Part shown: positions 43,005-52,175 of the stretch, in pieces | How positions within the stretch are numbered: the stretch's first letter is position 1 | How the letters are laid out: each line of letters begins with the position of its first letter | Assembly (NCBI GenBank): GCA_965223905.1 | Contig: CBDCXV010000009.1 | Coordinates: 512,001 to 576,000, forward strand | Direction of reading: 5' to 3' | Origin: Candidatus Latescibacterota bacterium | GTDB lineage: Bacteria; Latescibacterota; UBA2968; UBA8231 | Length of the DNA stretch: 64,000 nucleotides | Notes under the pieces: model-generated | Databases searched by the model: none | Told to the model about the DNA's origin: nothing | What the model saw: the letters and a program-made list of their open reading frames with translations, nothing else | Program-made: the position numbers and the translations under genes

Positions 43005-44281
43005 GGTAGAGCCTCGACCCAGTCCAGCATCTCTTGACGACGCCGTTTCTCGAACTTCGGTGCCAGATATTGCTCGATGACCCGGCGCGACACGAGATCG
43101 CCCAATTGTCCGCGCTCGAGAAGCTCATCAGATCTCGGGAGACTGGCTAATTCGACGAGATCGGCGGCTTCCTTGGTCTCGCTCCAAGTACAAAGAACGA
43201 CCCCTTTAATCTGCTCAGCCGTCAAATTATTCATAGTAGCTGGATTATGCGTTGTGACTAGTACGCTAAGGCTGCGTTTCTTAGTGGCTTCCTCTATCGC
43301 CGAGGTCAGAACTCCAACTCGACTTGGATGAATTCCATTATCAAATTCTTCCACAATAACACGTGAACCTTTTTCTACAGTCTCCATGGCTGTCAGGATG
43401 GCTAGCGTTCGCAATGTGCCGTCCGACAATGATCGAGCATCCACGGTGTAACCTGTTTTTTCACGAAGTCCGAAGATTACGTCGCCAAGATTCGTTGTCG
43501 TGAATATGAACTCTTCAAATGGCTCGTCCGGAAGCTGGCTTATTTGAGCCAGCAACCGGGCTAACGATCCTTGCTGGGTTTCGTCTCCAACGGAAAGCGA
43601 GTAGAGCACTGCCGACAGGTTTGCGCCGTCCTTGGAGAGGACACTGTTGCCAATTCGCTCGTACCCGTGCATTAATTTTGGATTCGGATCGAAGACGAAT
43701 GAAGCTTGCAAGTGGTGCATTATTATTTGCACCAACTGAACGCACTCCTTCATGTTGCGATTTTTCTTTGCAATTTCTCGATACTGAGACAGAACGGAAC
43801 GCTCCGATGAAGCCGCTGTTTGAGGTTTTTTGCCACCACGGGCGAAGTTGTCGTATCTAACCGCTATGTCGCGCGACGCCGATCCTGGAACCGTGGGAAG
43901 CGTTTCGTAGATTATCCGGTTCTCTAATTGCAATGTCTCCTTCAGTATCTGAGGACGCGGTTTAGTGCAAATGTCTAATATGTAGAAGACTGGTTGTAAC
44001 TCACCTTCAAACCTTGCGTTAGCACTGAACCCTAGCGTGAAGGTGTCTCGGCCAGTTCGGCCACAAGCTTGAAGCCCTCCTCGAATCTGAATACCTGTAG
44101 CCGCACGACCGATGTCGGAAATCTCATAGAGAGGCTGGCCCCGGGCAACGAAGGAAAGAAGCTCGATTGCTTCGATGACGTTGGTCTTCCCCGATCCATT
44201 GGGTCCGATCAAGAGCGTGAACGGTTGCAGTAGTTCGATTCCCACATCTTCGAATCCTTTGAAATCTGTCAGGTAGTGCAT
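43001..44281 (-). CDS. AAA_21/ABC-type ATPase
   Basis: GPNGSGKT, LSDGTLR, VEEFDNGIHP, TTHNP. Confidence 0.85.
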   Translation of the reverse strand: MHYLTDFKGFEDVGIELLQPFTLLIGPNGSGKTNVIEAIELLSFVARGQPLYEISDIGRAATGIQIRGGLQACGRTGRDTFTLGFSANARFEGELQPVFYILDICTKPRPQILKETLQLENRIIYETLPTVPGSASRDIAVRYDNFARGGKKPQTAASSERSVLSQYREIAKKNRNMKECVQLVQIIMHHLQASFVFDPNPKLMHGYERIGNSVLSKDGANLSAVLYSLSVGDETQQGSLARLLAQISQLPDEPFEEFIFTTTNLGDVIFGLREKTGYTVDARSLSDGTLRTLAILTAMETVEKGSRVIVEEFDNGIHPSRVGVLTSAIEEATKKRSLSVLVTTHNPATMNNLTAEQIKGVVLCTWSETKEAADLVELASLPRSDELLERGQLGDLVSRRVIEQYLAPKFEKRRRQEMLDWVEALP

Positions 44282-44346
44282 AAGTCAACCTTTGGATGAG
44301 GTTGGAACACAAGCCTCGGGAGAGTATTTGTGCTACCGGTTTGTAA

Positions 44347-45657
44347 CTACAGGTAGGAGTTGATGATGTTCTCCAGCATCTCCTCGCGGCCGCTCCGTTT
44401 CTCCGGCTCCCCCTTCTGCAGGATATAGCTCTCCAGTTCGGCGAAGTCCGTCTTTCCGGCGGAGATCTTCCAGCCGATGCCGGACCGGTACGACTTGTAG
44501 CGCTCCTTGATGAAGTCGCCGACGACCCCGTCCTCGATGATCCTGTGGGCGATCTTCAGGCCCCGGGCGAAGCTGTCCATGCCCCCGATGTGGGCGTGGA
44601 ACAGGTCTACGGGATCGAAGGAACCGCGCCGCACCTTGGCGTCGAAGTTGATCCCTCCCGGGCGGATGCCCCCGTACTTCAGGATCACCATCATCGCGTA
44701 GGTCGTGCCGTAGAGATCGGTGGGGAACTGGTCGGTGTCCCACCCGAGGAGGAGGTCGCCGCGGTTGGCGTCGATGCTGCCGAGCATGCGGTCGGCAGCG
44801 GCCACGGTGAGGTCGTGCTCGAAGGTGTGCCCCGCAAGGGTCGCGTGGTTGGCCTCGAGGTTCAGCTTGAAGCGGTCCTGAAGCCCGTACTTGCGCAGGA
44901 AGCCGAGGACTGTGGCGGCGTCGTAGTCGTACTGGTGCTTGGTCGGCTCCTTGGGCTTGGGTTCGACCAGGAGGGTGCCGCGAAAGCCGATCTCCTTCTT
45001 GTAGTCGGCGGCCATCTCGAGGAAGCGCGCCATGTTGTCCTGCTCGCGGGCCATGTCGGTGTTGAGGAGGCTGGAGTAGCCTTCGCGTCCTCCCCAGAAG
45101 ACGTAGTTGGCGCCGCCGAGCTCCCTGGTGAGCTCCATCGCCTTTTTCACCTGCGCCGCGGCGTAGGCGAAGACGTGGGCGTCGGGGTTGGTCGCCGCCC
45201 CGTGGGTGAAGCGCGGGTGCGAGAACATGTTCGAGGTGCCCCACAGCAGCTTCACCCCTGTGTCCCGCTGCAGCTTTTTGGCCAGGGCGCCGATGCGGTC
45301 GAGTCTCTCGTTGGTCTCGGCGAGGGTGTCCGCTTCGGGAGCGATGTCGCGGTCGTGCCAGGCGTAGAACGGCGCCCCGAGCTTGGTGAACATCTCGAAC
45401 GCCGCCCGCATCGTGTCCTCCGCCCGCTGCATCGGGTCGGAGGCCTCGTCCCAGGGGCGGTCGTAGACCGGACCGCCGAACGGGTCGGCGCCCGTCCCTT
45501 TGAAGGTGTGCCAGAAGACGACGGAGAACCGCAGGTGTTCGGCCATCGTCTTCTTGCCGACCTGCTCCTCCGGGTCGTACTGCTTGAAGGCCAGCGGGTT
45601 CTTCGAGTCGGGGCCTTCGTAGCGAATCTGCGGAATCCCCTTGAAATACTCTTTCAT
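44347..45657 (-). CDS. xylA: Xylose isomerase
   Basis: [42 protein letters not shown]. Confidence 0.96.
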   Translation of the reverse strand: MKEYFKGIPQIRYEGPDSKNPLAFKQYDPEEQVGKKTMAEHLRFSVVFWHTFKGTGADPFGGPVYDRPWDEASDPMQRAEDTMRAAFEMFTKLGAPFYAWHDRDIAPEADTLAETNERLDRIGALAKKLQRDTGVKLLWGTSNMFSHPRFTHGAATNPDAHVFAYAAAQVKKAMELTRELGGANYVFWGGREGYSSLLNTDMAREQDNMARFLEMAADYKKEIGFRGTLLVEPKPKEPTKHQYDYDAATVLGFLRKYGLQDRFKLNLEANHATLAGHTFEHDLTVAAADRMLGSIDANRGDLLLGWDTDQFPTDLYGTTYAMMVILKYGGIRPGGINFDAKVRRGSFDPVDLFHAHIGGMDSFARGLKIAHRIIEDGVVGDFIKERYKSYRSGIGWKISAGKTDFAELESYILQKGEPEKRSGREEMLENIINSYL

Positions 45658-45856
45658 TTATATGGTCTCCCTGGTGGAGGTGTGCTCGGTTGCCCTCGGG
45701 CGAGGCGGATTTAGTGTAAGGCGGATGAATCAACCGGGCGAGGGCGGCCGCTTTCCCGGGCCGACTGGAGTTCCGGCTGGGGCGGGGCCTGCTGCTGGGA
45801 GGTGCGCGGCCAGCGGTGGCGGCCGTTGGCGGACAGGGGATTAGGTCGCCGGTGGC

Positions 45857-46633
45857 TCACTCCGGCGTCACGTAGGCGGCCGAGATTCCGCCATCCACCG
45901 TGAACGAGGTGCCGGTGACGAAAGAGGACTCGTCCGAGGCGAGGAAGACCACCGCGTCGGCGATCTCTTCGGCTTCGCCGAATCTCCCCATCGGAATGTG
46001 AACCAGGCGCCGCTGCCGTTTCTCCTCGGTGTCGAGGTACTTCATCAGCAATTCGGTTCGCAGCGGGCCCGGGCACAGGGCGTTGACGCGGATGTTGTCG
46101 CGGGCGTGAACGACCGCGAGCTCGCGGCTCAGGGCAAGGACGCCCCCCTTGCTCGCGGTGTAGGCAATCTGCGGCGTGGCCGCGCCCAGCAGGGCGACGA
46201 AGGAGGCGGTGTTGATAACCGACCCGCCGCCCGCTCGCTGCAGCGCCGGGATGCCGTACTTGCAGCCCAGGAAAACGCCCTTGAGGTTGACGTTCATCGT
46301 CTGCTCCCAGACCGCCTCGTCGGTGTCGACGGCGCCGGCGTCCTCCAGGTGGGAGATTCCCGCGTTGTTGAACAGGATGTCGAGGCGCCCGAAGGCATCC
46401 TCGGCCGCGGCGATCATCCGCCGGCAGTCCCCTGCCTCGGAAACGTCGGCCCGTGCGAAGAATGTGCGTCCTCCGGTCTGGTCCGCGATCATGGCTGCGG
46501 TTTCGGCGCCGGCGCCATCGTCGATGTCGACGGCGGCCACGGCCGCCCCTTCACGCGCGAGGCGCAGCGCGGTCTGGCGGCCGATACCGCTGCCAGCCCC
46601 GGTGATCAGTGCCGATTTCCCGGCCAGTCTCAT
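45857..46633 (-). CDS. SDR family oxidoreductase
   Basis: TGAGSGIG, NNAG, YTASK. Confidence 0.88.
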   Translation of the reverse strand: MRLAGKSALITGAGSGIGRQTALRLAREGAAVAAVDIDDGAGAETAAMIADQTGGRTFFARADVSEAGDCRRMIAAAEDAFGRLDILFNNAGISHLEDAGAVDTDEAVWEQTMNVNLKGVFLGCKYGIPALQRAGGGSVINTASFVALLGAATPQIAYTASKGGVLALSRELAVVHARDNIRVNALCPGPLRTELLMKYLDTEEKRQRRLVHIPMGRFGEAEEIADAVVFLASDESSFVTGTSFTVDGGISAAYVTPE

Positions 46634-46791
46634 GCGAAAATACCCGCTTCTCCTTCTGCGATTTCCAGGACGGCAAACTTTAGCCCCCGGGATTGGGGGG
46701 CGCAAGCAGTTTACTCGACTCGAAGCCCGGATGAAATTTTGCCTGAGAAATTTCACGACCCAGTCCGAAAACCATAGGCGGGAGCGAGCTC

Positions 46792-48072
46792 ATGGATAAA
46801 GACACAGCCTTCGAAATGGCCACCTCGAACATCCGCTACGGCCGCGGGGTCACCGCGGAGGTCGGAATGGACCTGGTCGACATGGGGGTCGGAAATGTGA
46901 TGGTGGTCACCGATCCGGTGCTCGCTTCCCTGCCCCCCGTCGCTACCCTCCTGGCCGCCCTCGACGACAGCGGGGTGCGCTTTCAGCTGTTCGACCGCGT
47001 GCACGTAGAGCCGACCGACCGCTCGTTCAAGGAGGCGATCGACTTCGCTTCCGGCGGCGGCTTCGACGGTTTCGTCGCCGTCGGCGGCGGTTCGACCATC
47101 GACACGGCGAAGGCGGCCAACCTCTACGACTCCCATCCGGCCGACTTCCTCGACTACGTCAACGCCCCGATCGGCAAGGGACTTCCGGTCCCGGGGCCCT
47201 TGAAACCGCTGATCGCGATCCCGACGACGGCCGGAACCGGCAGCGAGACGACCGGGGTCGCGATTTTCGACTTCACCGAGATGAAGGCGAAGACCGGCAT
47301 CGCTCATCGCCGGCTGAAACCGGCGCTGGCGATCGTCGATCCGGAAAACACCCGCACCCTGCCCCCGGCGGTGGCCGCGGCGACCGGCCTTGACGTGCTC
47401 AGCCACGCTCTCGAATCGTACACCGCGATCCCGTTCGACCGGCGCCCGCGGCCGTCGCGGCCGGTATTGCGGCCCTCCTACCAGGGAGCGAACCCGATCA
47501 GCGACATTTGGGCCTTGGAGTCGCTGGCGATGGTCGCCGAGTTCCTCCCCCGGGCGGTCAGCGACCCCGGGGATGAAGAGGCGCGCGGGCAGATGCTGCT
47601 CGCCGCCTCGTATGCCGGCATGGGTTTCGGCAATGCCGGCGTCCACCTTCCGCACGGGATGTCGTACCCCGTTGCCGGCATGGTCCGCGACTATGTGCCG
47701 CCGGGATACGAGACCGGCCATCCTCTCGTGCCGCACGGGGTCGCGGTGATCGTCAACGCCCCGGCGGTGTTTCGCTTTACGGCGGGCTCCAGCCCGCAGC
47801 GGCATCTCGAAGCGGCAGCCGTGCTGGGGGCGGATACCGCCGGAGCCGGGGCCGCGGAGGAGGCAGGTGACCTGCTGGCCGACTGCATCGTCGGCTTTAT
47901 GCGGCGGCTCGACATGCCCAACGGCCTGCGGGCACTCGGGTACGACGCCGGCGACATCCCGGCCCTTGTGGAGGGGACCCTGCCCCAGCACCGGGTCACC
48001 AAGCTTTCGCCGAGACCTGCGGGGGAAAAGGAGCTGCGGCAGCTGTTCGAAGAGGCGCTGGAGTACTGGTAG
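46792..48072 (+). CDS. Hydroxyacid-oxoacid transhydrogenase (Fe-ADH family)
   Basis: GGGSTIDTAKAANLY, PTTAGTGSETT, GNAGVHLPHGMSYP, PHG. Confidence 0.85.
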   Translation: MDKDTAFEMATSNIRYGRGVTAEVGMDLVDMGVGNVMVVTDPVLASLPPVATLLAALDDSGVRFQLFDRVHVEPTDRSFKEAIDFASGGGFDGFVAVGGGSTIDTAKAANLYDSHPADFLDYVNAPIGKGLPVPGPLKPLIAIPTTAGTGSETTGVAIFDFTEMKAKTGIAHRRLKPALAIVDPENTRTLPPAVAAATGLDVLSHALESYTAIPFDRRPRPSRPVLRPSYQGANPISDIWALESLAMVAEFLPRAVSDPGDEEARGQMLLAASYAGMGFGNAGVHLPHGMSYPVAGMVRDYVPPGYETGHPLVPHGVAVIVNAPAVFRFTAGSSPQRHLEAAAVLGADTAGAGAAEEAGDLLADCIVGFMRRLDMPNGLRALGYDAGDIPALVEGTLPQHRVTKLSPRPAGEKELRQLFEEALEYW

Positions 48073-48171
48073 AAGCGGAGTGCCGAGCCGCCCCGGGGAG
48101 GACCACAGGGATGCGCGTCCGGGGCCTTCTTTTTTGGAATTCGCGGGAGGCCGGGATTTTCCGGGCGGGCC

Positions 48172-48262
48172 CAGGTTTGCGGGCCGGAGGTGACGAGCTC
48201 CGCCACTGGGTGAAACCGAGCGGCCGATCCGATCCGGTGCAGGGCGGGAAGGTGATTTCCGG
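48172..48262. repeat. Degenerate duplicate of the 3' end of the GATase gene (48284-48371)
   Basis: GGGCCGGAGGTGAC...GGGTGAAA(A)CCGAGCGGCCGATCCG...TGCAGGG repeated about 112 bp apart. Confidence 0.7.
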
Positions 48263-48282
48263 CCTGGATATTCCTGGGCAGG

Positions 48283-49011
48283 TCAGGCTCTCGGGCCGGA
48301 GGTGACCAGATCCGCCCACCGGGTGAAAACCGAGCGGCCGATCCGTTGCAGGGGCGGCAGGTGGTTTCCGGTCGCGGCGCGGATCTCTTCGCCATCGAGC
48401 TGTGCGTCGCGGAGTTCCCCGGCGAACACCTCCGTCCACTCGGCAATGGAGCTCGCCGACAATTCCATGTGGAACAGGATGCCGTAGGCGCCGCGGCCAT
48501 GGGCGTAAGCCTGGTTCTCGGTGATTTCGGACGATGCCAGCCGCACCGCCCCCCGCGGCAGCTCGAACTGATCTCCGTGCCAGTGCAGGGGTGTAAAGCG
48601 ACTGCCGTGCCCGGCGCGGACCGGAGACCAGACGGGGTCGCCGGCCGCGGCTTCGTCGAGAGTCACCTCGTACCAGCCGATCTCCTTTTTCGGGCCGGGG
48701 TAGACCTTCGCACCCAGCACCGCGGCGAGCAGCTGGCTCCCCAGGCAGACCCCCAGGACCGGGCGCTCCTCTTTCAGGGCGCCCTCGATCAGTCGCATCT
48801 CGTCGCGCAGGTGCGGGTAGCTCTCCTGTTCGTACACCCCCATCGGCCCGCCCATGACGATGAGCCCGGCGGCGCCTTCCATTTCCAGGGGAACCGGTTC
48901 ATCATCGAAAACCCTGACATGCCTCGGCCTGAGACCGCTGCCGGCAAGTACTTCCTCGATGATTCCCAGGGTTTCGCAGTGCACGTGTTGAATGGCTATG
49001 ACGTCGGTCAC
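48283..49011 (-). CDS. Type 1 glutamine amidotransferase
   Basis: MGGPMG, GVCLGSQL, WHGD, FHME. Confidence 0.85.
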   Translation of the reverse strand: MTDVIAIQHVHCETLGIIEEVLAGSGLRPRHVRVFDDEPVPLEMEGAAGLIVMGGPMGVYEQESYPHLRDEMRLIEGALKEERPVLGVCLGSQLLAAVLGAKVYPGPKKEIGWYEVTLDEAAAGDPVWSPVRAGHGSRFTPLHWHGDQFELPRGAVRLASSEITENQAYAHGRGAYGILFHMELSASSIAEWTEVFAGELRDAQLDGEEIRAATGNHLPPLQRIGRSVFTRWADLVTSGPRA

Positions 49012-50108
49012 TGAACGGCTCCTTCCGGGGAGAGGACGACCGGCTCGCGCTCGAGACGGATGCCGAACCGGTCCTCCACCTGTTGTTGAATCGCGGCGGC
49101 CAGCTTCAGTACGTCGGCGCTGCCGCCGCCTCGGTTGACCAGGGCCAGGGCGTGGTTCTCGGAGACGGCCGCCCCGCCCAGCCGTTGGCCCTTGCGGAAC
49201 CCGGCGCGCTCGACGAGCCAGGCCGCAGGAACCTTGTGCCCGCCAGGGTCGGGAAAGACCGGGATCGACACCTGCTGCTCATTGGGTCCGGCGGGGCAAC
49301 GGCGGCGCAGATCGGATAGCTCCGTTTCGCCGAGCACCGGGTTGATAAAGAACGAGCCGACGGAGCGGGCATTGGGATCGCCGGGATCGAGCACCATCGA
49401 CTTGCTTCGCCGCAGCTCGAGCACCGCCGCCCTCACCGCGGACGAGGCAGGCTCCCCGGGCTCGAGATCGTCGAGGCCGCCGCGGCGGGCGATGAAGTCG
49501 CTCAATTCCCGGTAGCGCAGCTCCGGCAGGACTCCTTCCTCGAGGCGAAAGACCACCTCCGTGATGACGTAGCGGTCGCGGTCCTCGCTCTTGAAGCGGC
49601 TGTTCCGGTAGCGGAAACCACACTCCCGGTTGGCGAATTCCACCTGTCGCAGGGTGCGGCGGTCGATGGCGCGCACCGCGGCGATGGTGCCGGCGACCTC
49701 CTGGCCGTAGGCGCCGACGTTCTGCATCGGCGCCGCCCCTGTCATTCCCGGGATTCCCGAGAGGCACTCGACCCCGGAAAGATTGCGAGCGATGCAGCGG
49801 CGGACGAGATCGTCCCAGTCTTCTCCCGCAAGGGCGCTCACCTCGACTTTGCCGCCGCCGCCCTCGAAGCGCACGCCCGACAGCTCGAGCTTGAGAACGA
49901 GCCCGCGGTAGCCGCTGTCGTCGAAGATGGTGTTGCTGCCGCCGCCGAGGACCTGCACCGGCAGCCGTCGCCCGGCCGCCCAGTCGAGTGCGGTCCTGAT
50001 TTCGTCTGCTGTTCTGCACCGGGCCAGGTAGCGCGCCGGACCGCCGAGACGCATGGTGGTCATCGGCGACAGATCGACCTGCTCTTCGATGATTCCGGGT
50101 GTGTTCAT
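49008..50108 (-). CDS. murB: UDP-N-acetylenolpyruvoylglucosamine reductase
   Basis: LGGGSN, GIPG..GAAPMQNVGAYG, FRYRNS, GSFFINP, HALALVN. Confidence 0.9.
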   Translation of the reverse strand: MNTPGIIEEQVDLSPMTTMRLGGPARYLARCRTADEIRTALDWAAGRRLPVQVLGGGSNTIFDDSGYRGLVLKLELSGVRFEGGGGKVEVSALAGEDWDDLVRRCIARNLSGVECLSGIPGMTGAAPMQNVGAYGQEVAGTIAAVRAIDRRTLRQVEFANRECGFRYRNSRFKSEDRDRYVITEVVFRLEEGVLPELRYRELSDFIARRGGLDDLEPGEPASSAVRAAVLELRRSKSMVLDPGDPNARSVGSFFINPVLGETELSDLRRRCPAGPNEQQVSIPVFPDPGGHKVPAAWLVERAGFRKGQRLGGAAVSENHALALVNRGGGSADVLKLAAAIQQQVEDRFGIRLEREPVVLSPEGAVQ

Positions 50109-50316
50109 GGGTAGATCGAAGAAACCGCGGCCCTTCGGGGCCGACAAGGGCGGAAGCGTGAAACCGGGTGGACATGGGGATAGTAAAGCATTTGTTTTCA
50201 ACAGCTTGTGGTGGTGTCCAGTCTGGAAATAGGTGGCAAAGATTTCGGCCGCGAGCCGGGACCCCGGGTAGTCAAAGTCGAAGCGATTCAGGAATCCAGA
50301 TAGATCCGAAACACCG

Positions 50317-51627
50317 ATGCAGACTTCCATCTCCCCAGAGCTGAAGAACGATCCCGGCGTTCAGGTTTCCGAAGAGGCGTTGCGCACCTGCGTGCACTGC
50401 GGGTTCTGCAACGCCACCTGTCCCACCTATCTCCTGACCGGAAACGAGCTCGAGGGGCCGCGCGGCCGCATCTACCTGATCAAGAGCATGCTCGAAGGCA
50501 GGATCGCCCCGACGGACAGCACCGTCGAGCATATCGACAACTGCCTCGCCTGCCTGGCGTGCGAGACTACCTGTCCAAGCGGCGTGGTCTATTCCCACCT
50601 CCTCGAAGATGCGCGGCCGCGGCTGGAGAGACTTCACCGGAGGAAGTGGGTCGACCGCCTGCTGCGGGCTGCGCTGACCCGGCTGCTGCCCCGGCCCGGG
50701 CGATTCCGGTGGGCGCTTCGGGCTGCCATCCTCGGCAGGAGGGCGGCTTTCCTGCTGCCGAGGCGTTTTCGGCACCTGGCGGCGATGGCCCCGCGCTCGT
50801 TGCCGGCCCCTTCCCGCCTGGCGACTCCGGGGGTGAAGCCCGCCTCGGGTGCGCGCATGCGGGCAGCCCTTCTCACCGGCTGCGCCCAGCAGGTGCTCGG
50901 CCCGCAGATCAACGACGCGACGATTCGGCTGCTCACCCGCCGCGGCGTCGAAGTCGTGGTGCCGGAAGCGATGGGTTGCTGCGGCGCCCTGACCTACCAC
51001 ATCGGCGAACGCCGGCACAGCCTGCGGATGATGCGGCGCAACATCGAGGCCTGGTACCGCGAGCTGCGGGGAGCCGGGCTCGACGCCATCGTGCTAAACA
51101 CCTCAGGCTGCGGGACCGCGGTTCGGGAGTACGCCCATATCTTCCGCAACGACCCGGAGTGGGCGGAGAAAGCCGCGGCCGTCACCCCGCTGGTGCGCGA
51201 CGTTTCCGAGGTGGTCAGCGAGATCGGGCTGGGGGAGGTCGCCGAGCTGCCGCGGCTCCGCGTCGCCTATCACGACGCCTGCTCGCTGCAGCACGGCCAG
51301 AAGATCGTCGCGCCTCCGCGCGAACTGCTGAGCGCCGCCGGTTTCGAGGTGGTCGAGGTTCCCGAGGCTCACATCTGCTGCGGCAGCGCCGGCACCTACA
51401 ACCTGCTGCGCCCGGAGTTGGCGAATCAGCTGCGCGAGCGCAAGGGCGCAAATATCCGGAGCATCGAACCGGAGCTGGTCGCCGCGGGGAATATCGGCTG
51501 CATCGAACAGATCGCGTCCGCGGTCGACGTCCCGGTGGTGCACACGGTGGAGCTGCTGGACTGGGCTACGGGAGGACCGAAGCCCGCGGCGATGGGCGCC
51601 GCTACAGGACCATCTCGACGCGGCTGA
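50317..51627 (+). CDS. glcF: Glycolate oxidase iron-sulfur subunit
   Basis: CVHCGFCNATCPTY, CLACLACETTCPSGV, CCG domains. Confidence 0.88.
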   Translation: MQTSISPELKNDPGVQVSEEALRTCVHCGFCNATCPTYLLTGNELEGPRGRIYLIKSMLEGRIAPTDSTVEHIDNCLACLACETTCPSGVVYSHLLEDARPRLERLHRRKWVDRLLRAALTRLLPRPGRFRWALRAAILGRRAAFLLPRRFRHLAAMAPRSLPAPSRLATPGVKPASGARMRAALLTGCAQQVLGPQINDATIRLLTRRGVEVVVPEAMGCCGALTYHIGERRHSLRMMRRNIEAWYRELRGAGLDAIVLNTSGCGTAVREYAHIFRNDPEWAEKAAAVTPLVRDVSEVVSEIGLGEVAELPRLRVAYHDACSLQHGQKIVAPPRELLSAAGFEVVEVPEAHICCGSAGTYNLLRPELANQLRERKGANIRSIEPELVAAGNIGCIEQIASAVDVPVVHTVELLDWATGGPKPAAMGAATGPSRRG

Positions 51628-52162
51628 GGCTCTTCTTGTCGAGATCGTTGAGGTTGGAGATCTCGAAGCGGTTGCCGTCGACGTCGATCATCAGCAAGCG
51701 GAAATCCCCCAGCCACTGGGCGTTCTCGGCGACATTCTGAACCACGAACTCGCGCCTGCCCCGGTTGGTATCCACGTCCCAGTACGAGGTCCCGAACTCG
51801 TGGCGCACCGAGTGCACGCGCTCGATCAGCGAGGTGAGGTAGCGGCGGTCGAGCTCCTCCTCGACAATGCGCCGGGTCTCGTCGTTCAGCTGGCCGAGGT
51901 CGTCGATCATGCAGACCTCCTCCTCCTTTGCGTCGAGGAAGGAGATGTAGCTGTCGGGATGCGTCAGCGGCGCCGCGCGGACGACCTTGATCCCGATATA
52001 GGAGCGGTCCTCTTCGATGGTCAGGCGCAGCTGCCACGGGGGCTCGCGAAAGAGGCGTACCCTGTCGACATCGACGCGCTCCGGGTGGGTCACCGCGATC
52101 GGAGTTACCGCTTGCCCCGGTTGCGGGTTGCCGTTGGCGCCTGTCATCTTTTTGTCGTTCAC
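51602..52162 (-). CDS. DUF1854 family protein
   Basis: VRAAPLTHP..ISF, WDVDTNRG, DVDGNRFEI; follows ABC exporters. Confidence 0.7.
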   Translation of the reverse strand: MNDKKMTGANGNPQPGQAVTPIAVTHPERVDVDRVRLFREPPWQLRLTIEEDRSYIGIKVVRAAPLTHPDSYISFLDAKEEEVCMIDDLGQLNDETRRIVEEELDRRYLTSLIERVHSVRHEFGTSYWDVDTNRGRREFVVQNVAENAQWLGDFRLLMIDVDGNRFEISNLNDLDKKSLSRVEMVL

Positions 52163-52175
52163 CTGCCCCTCCTCC

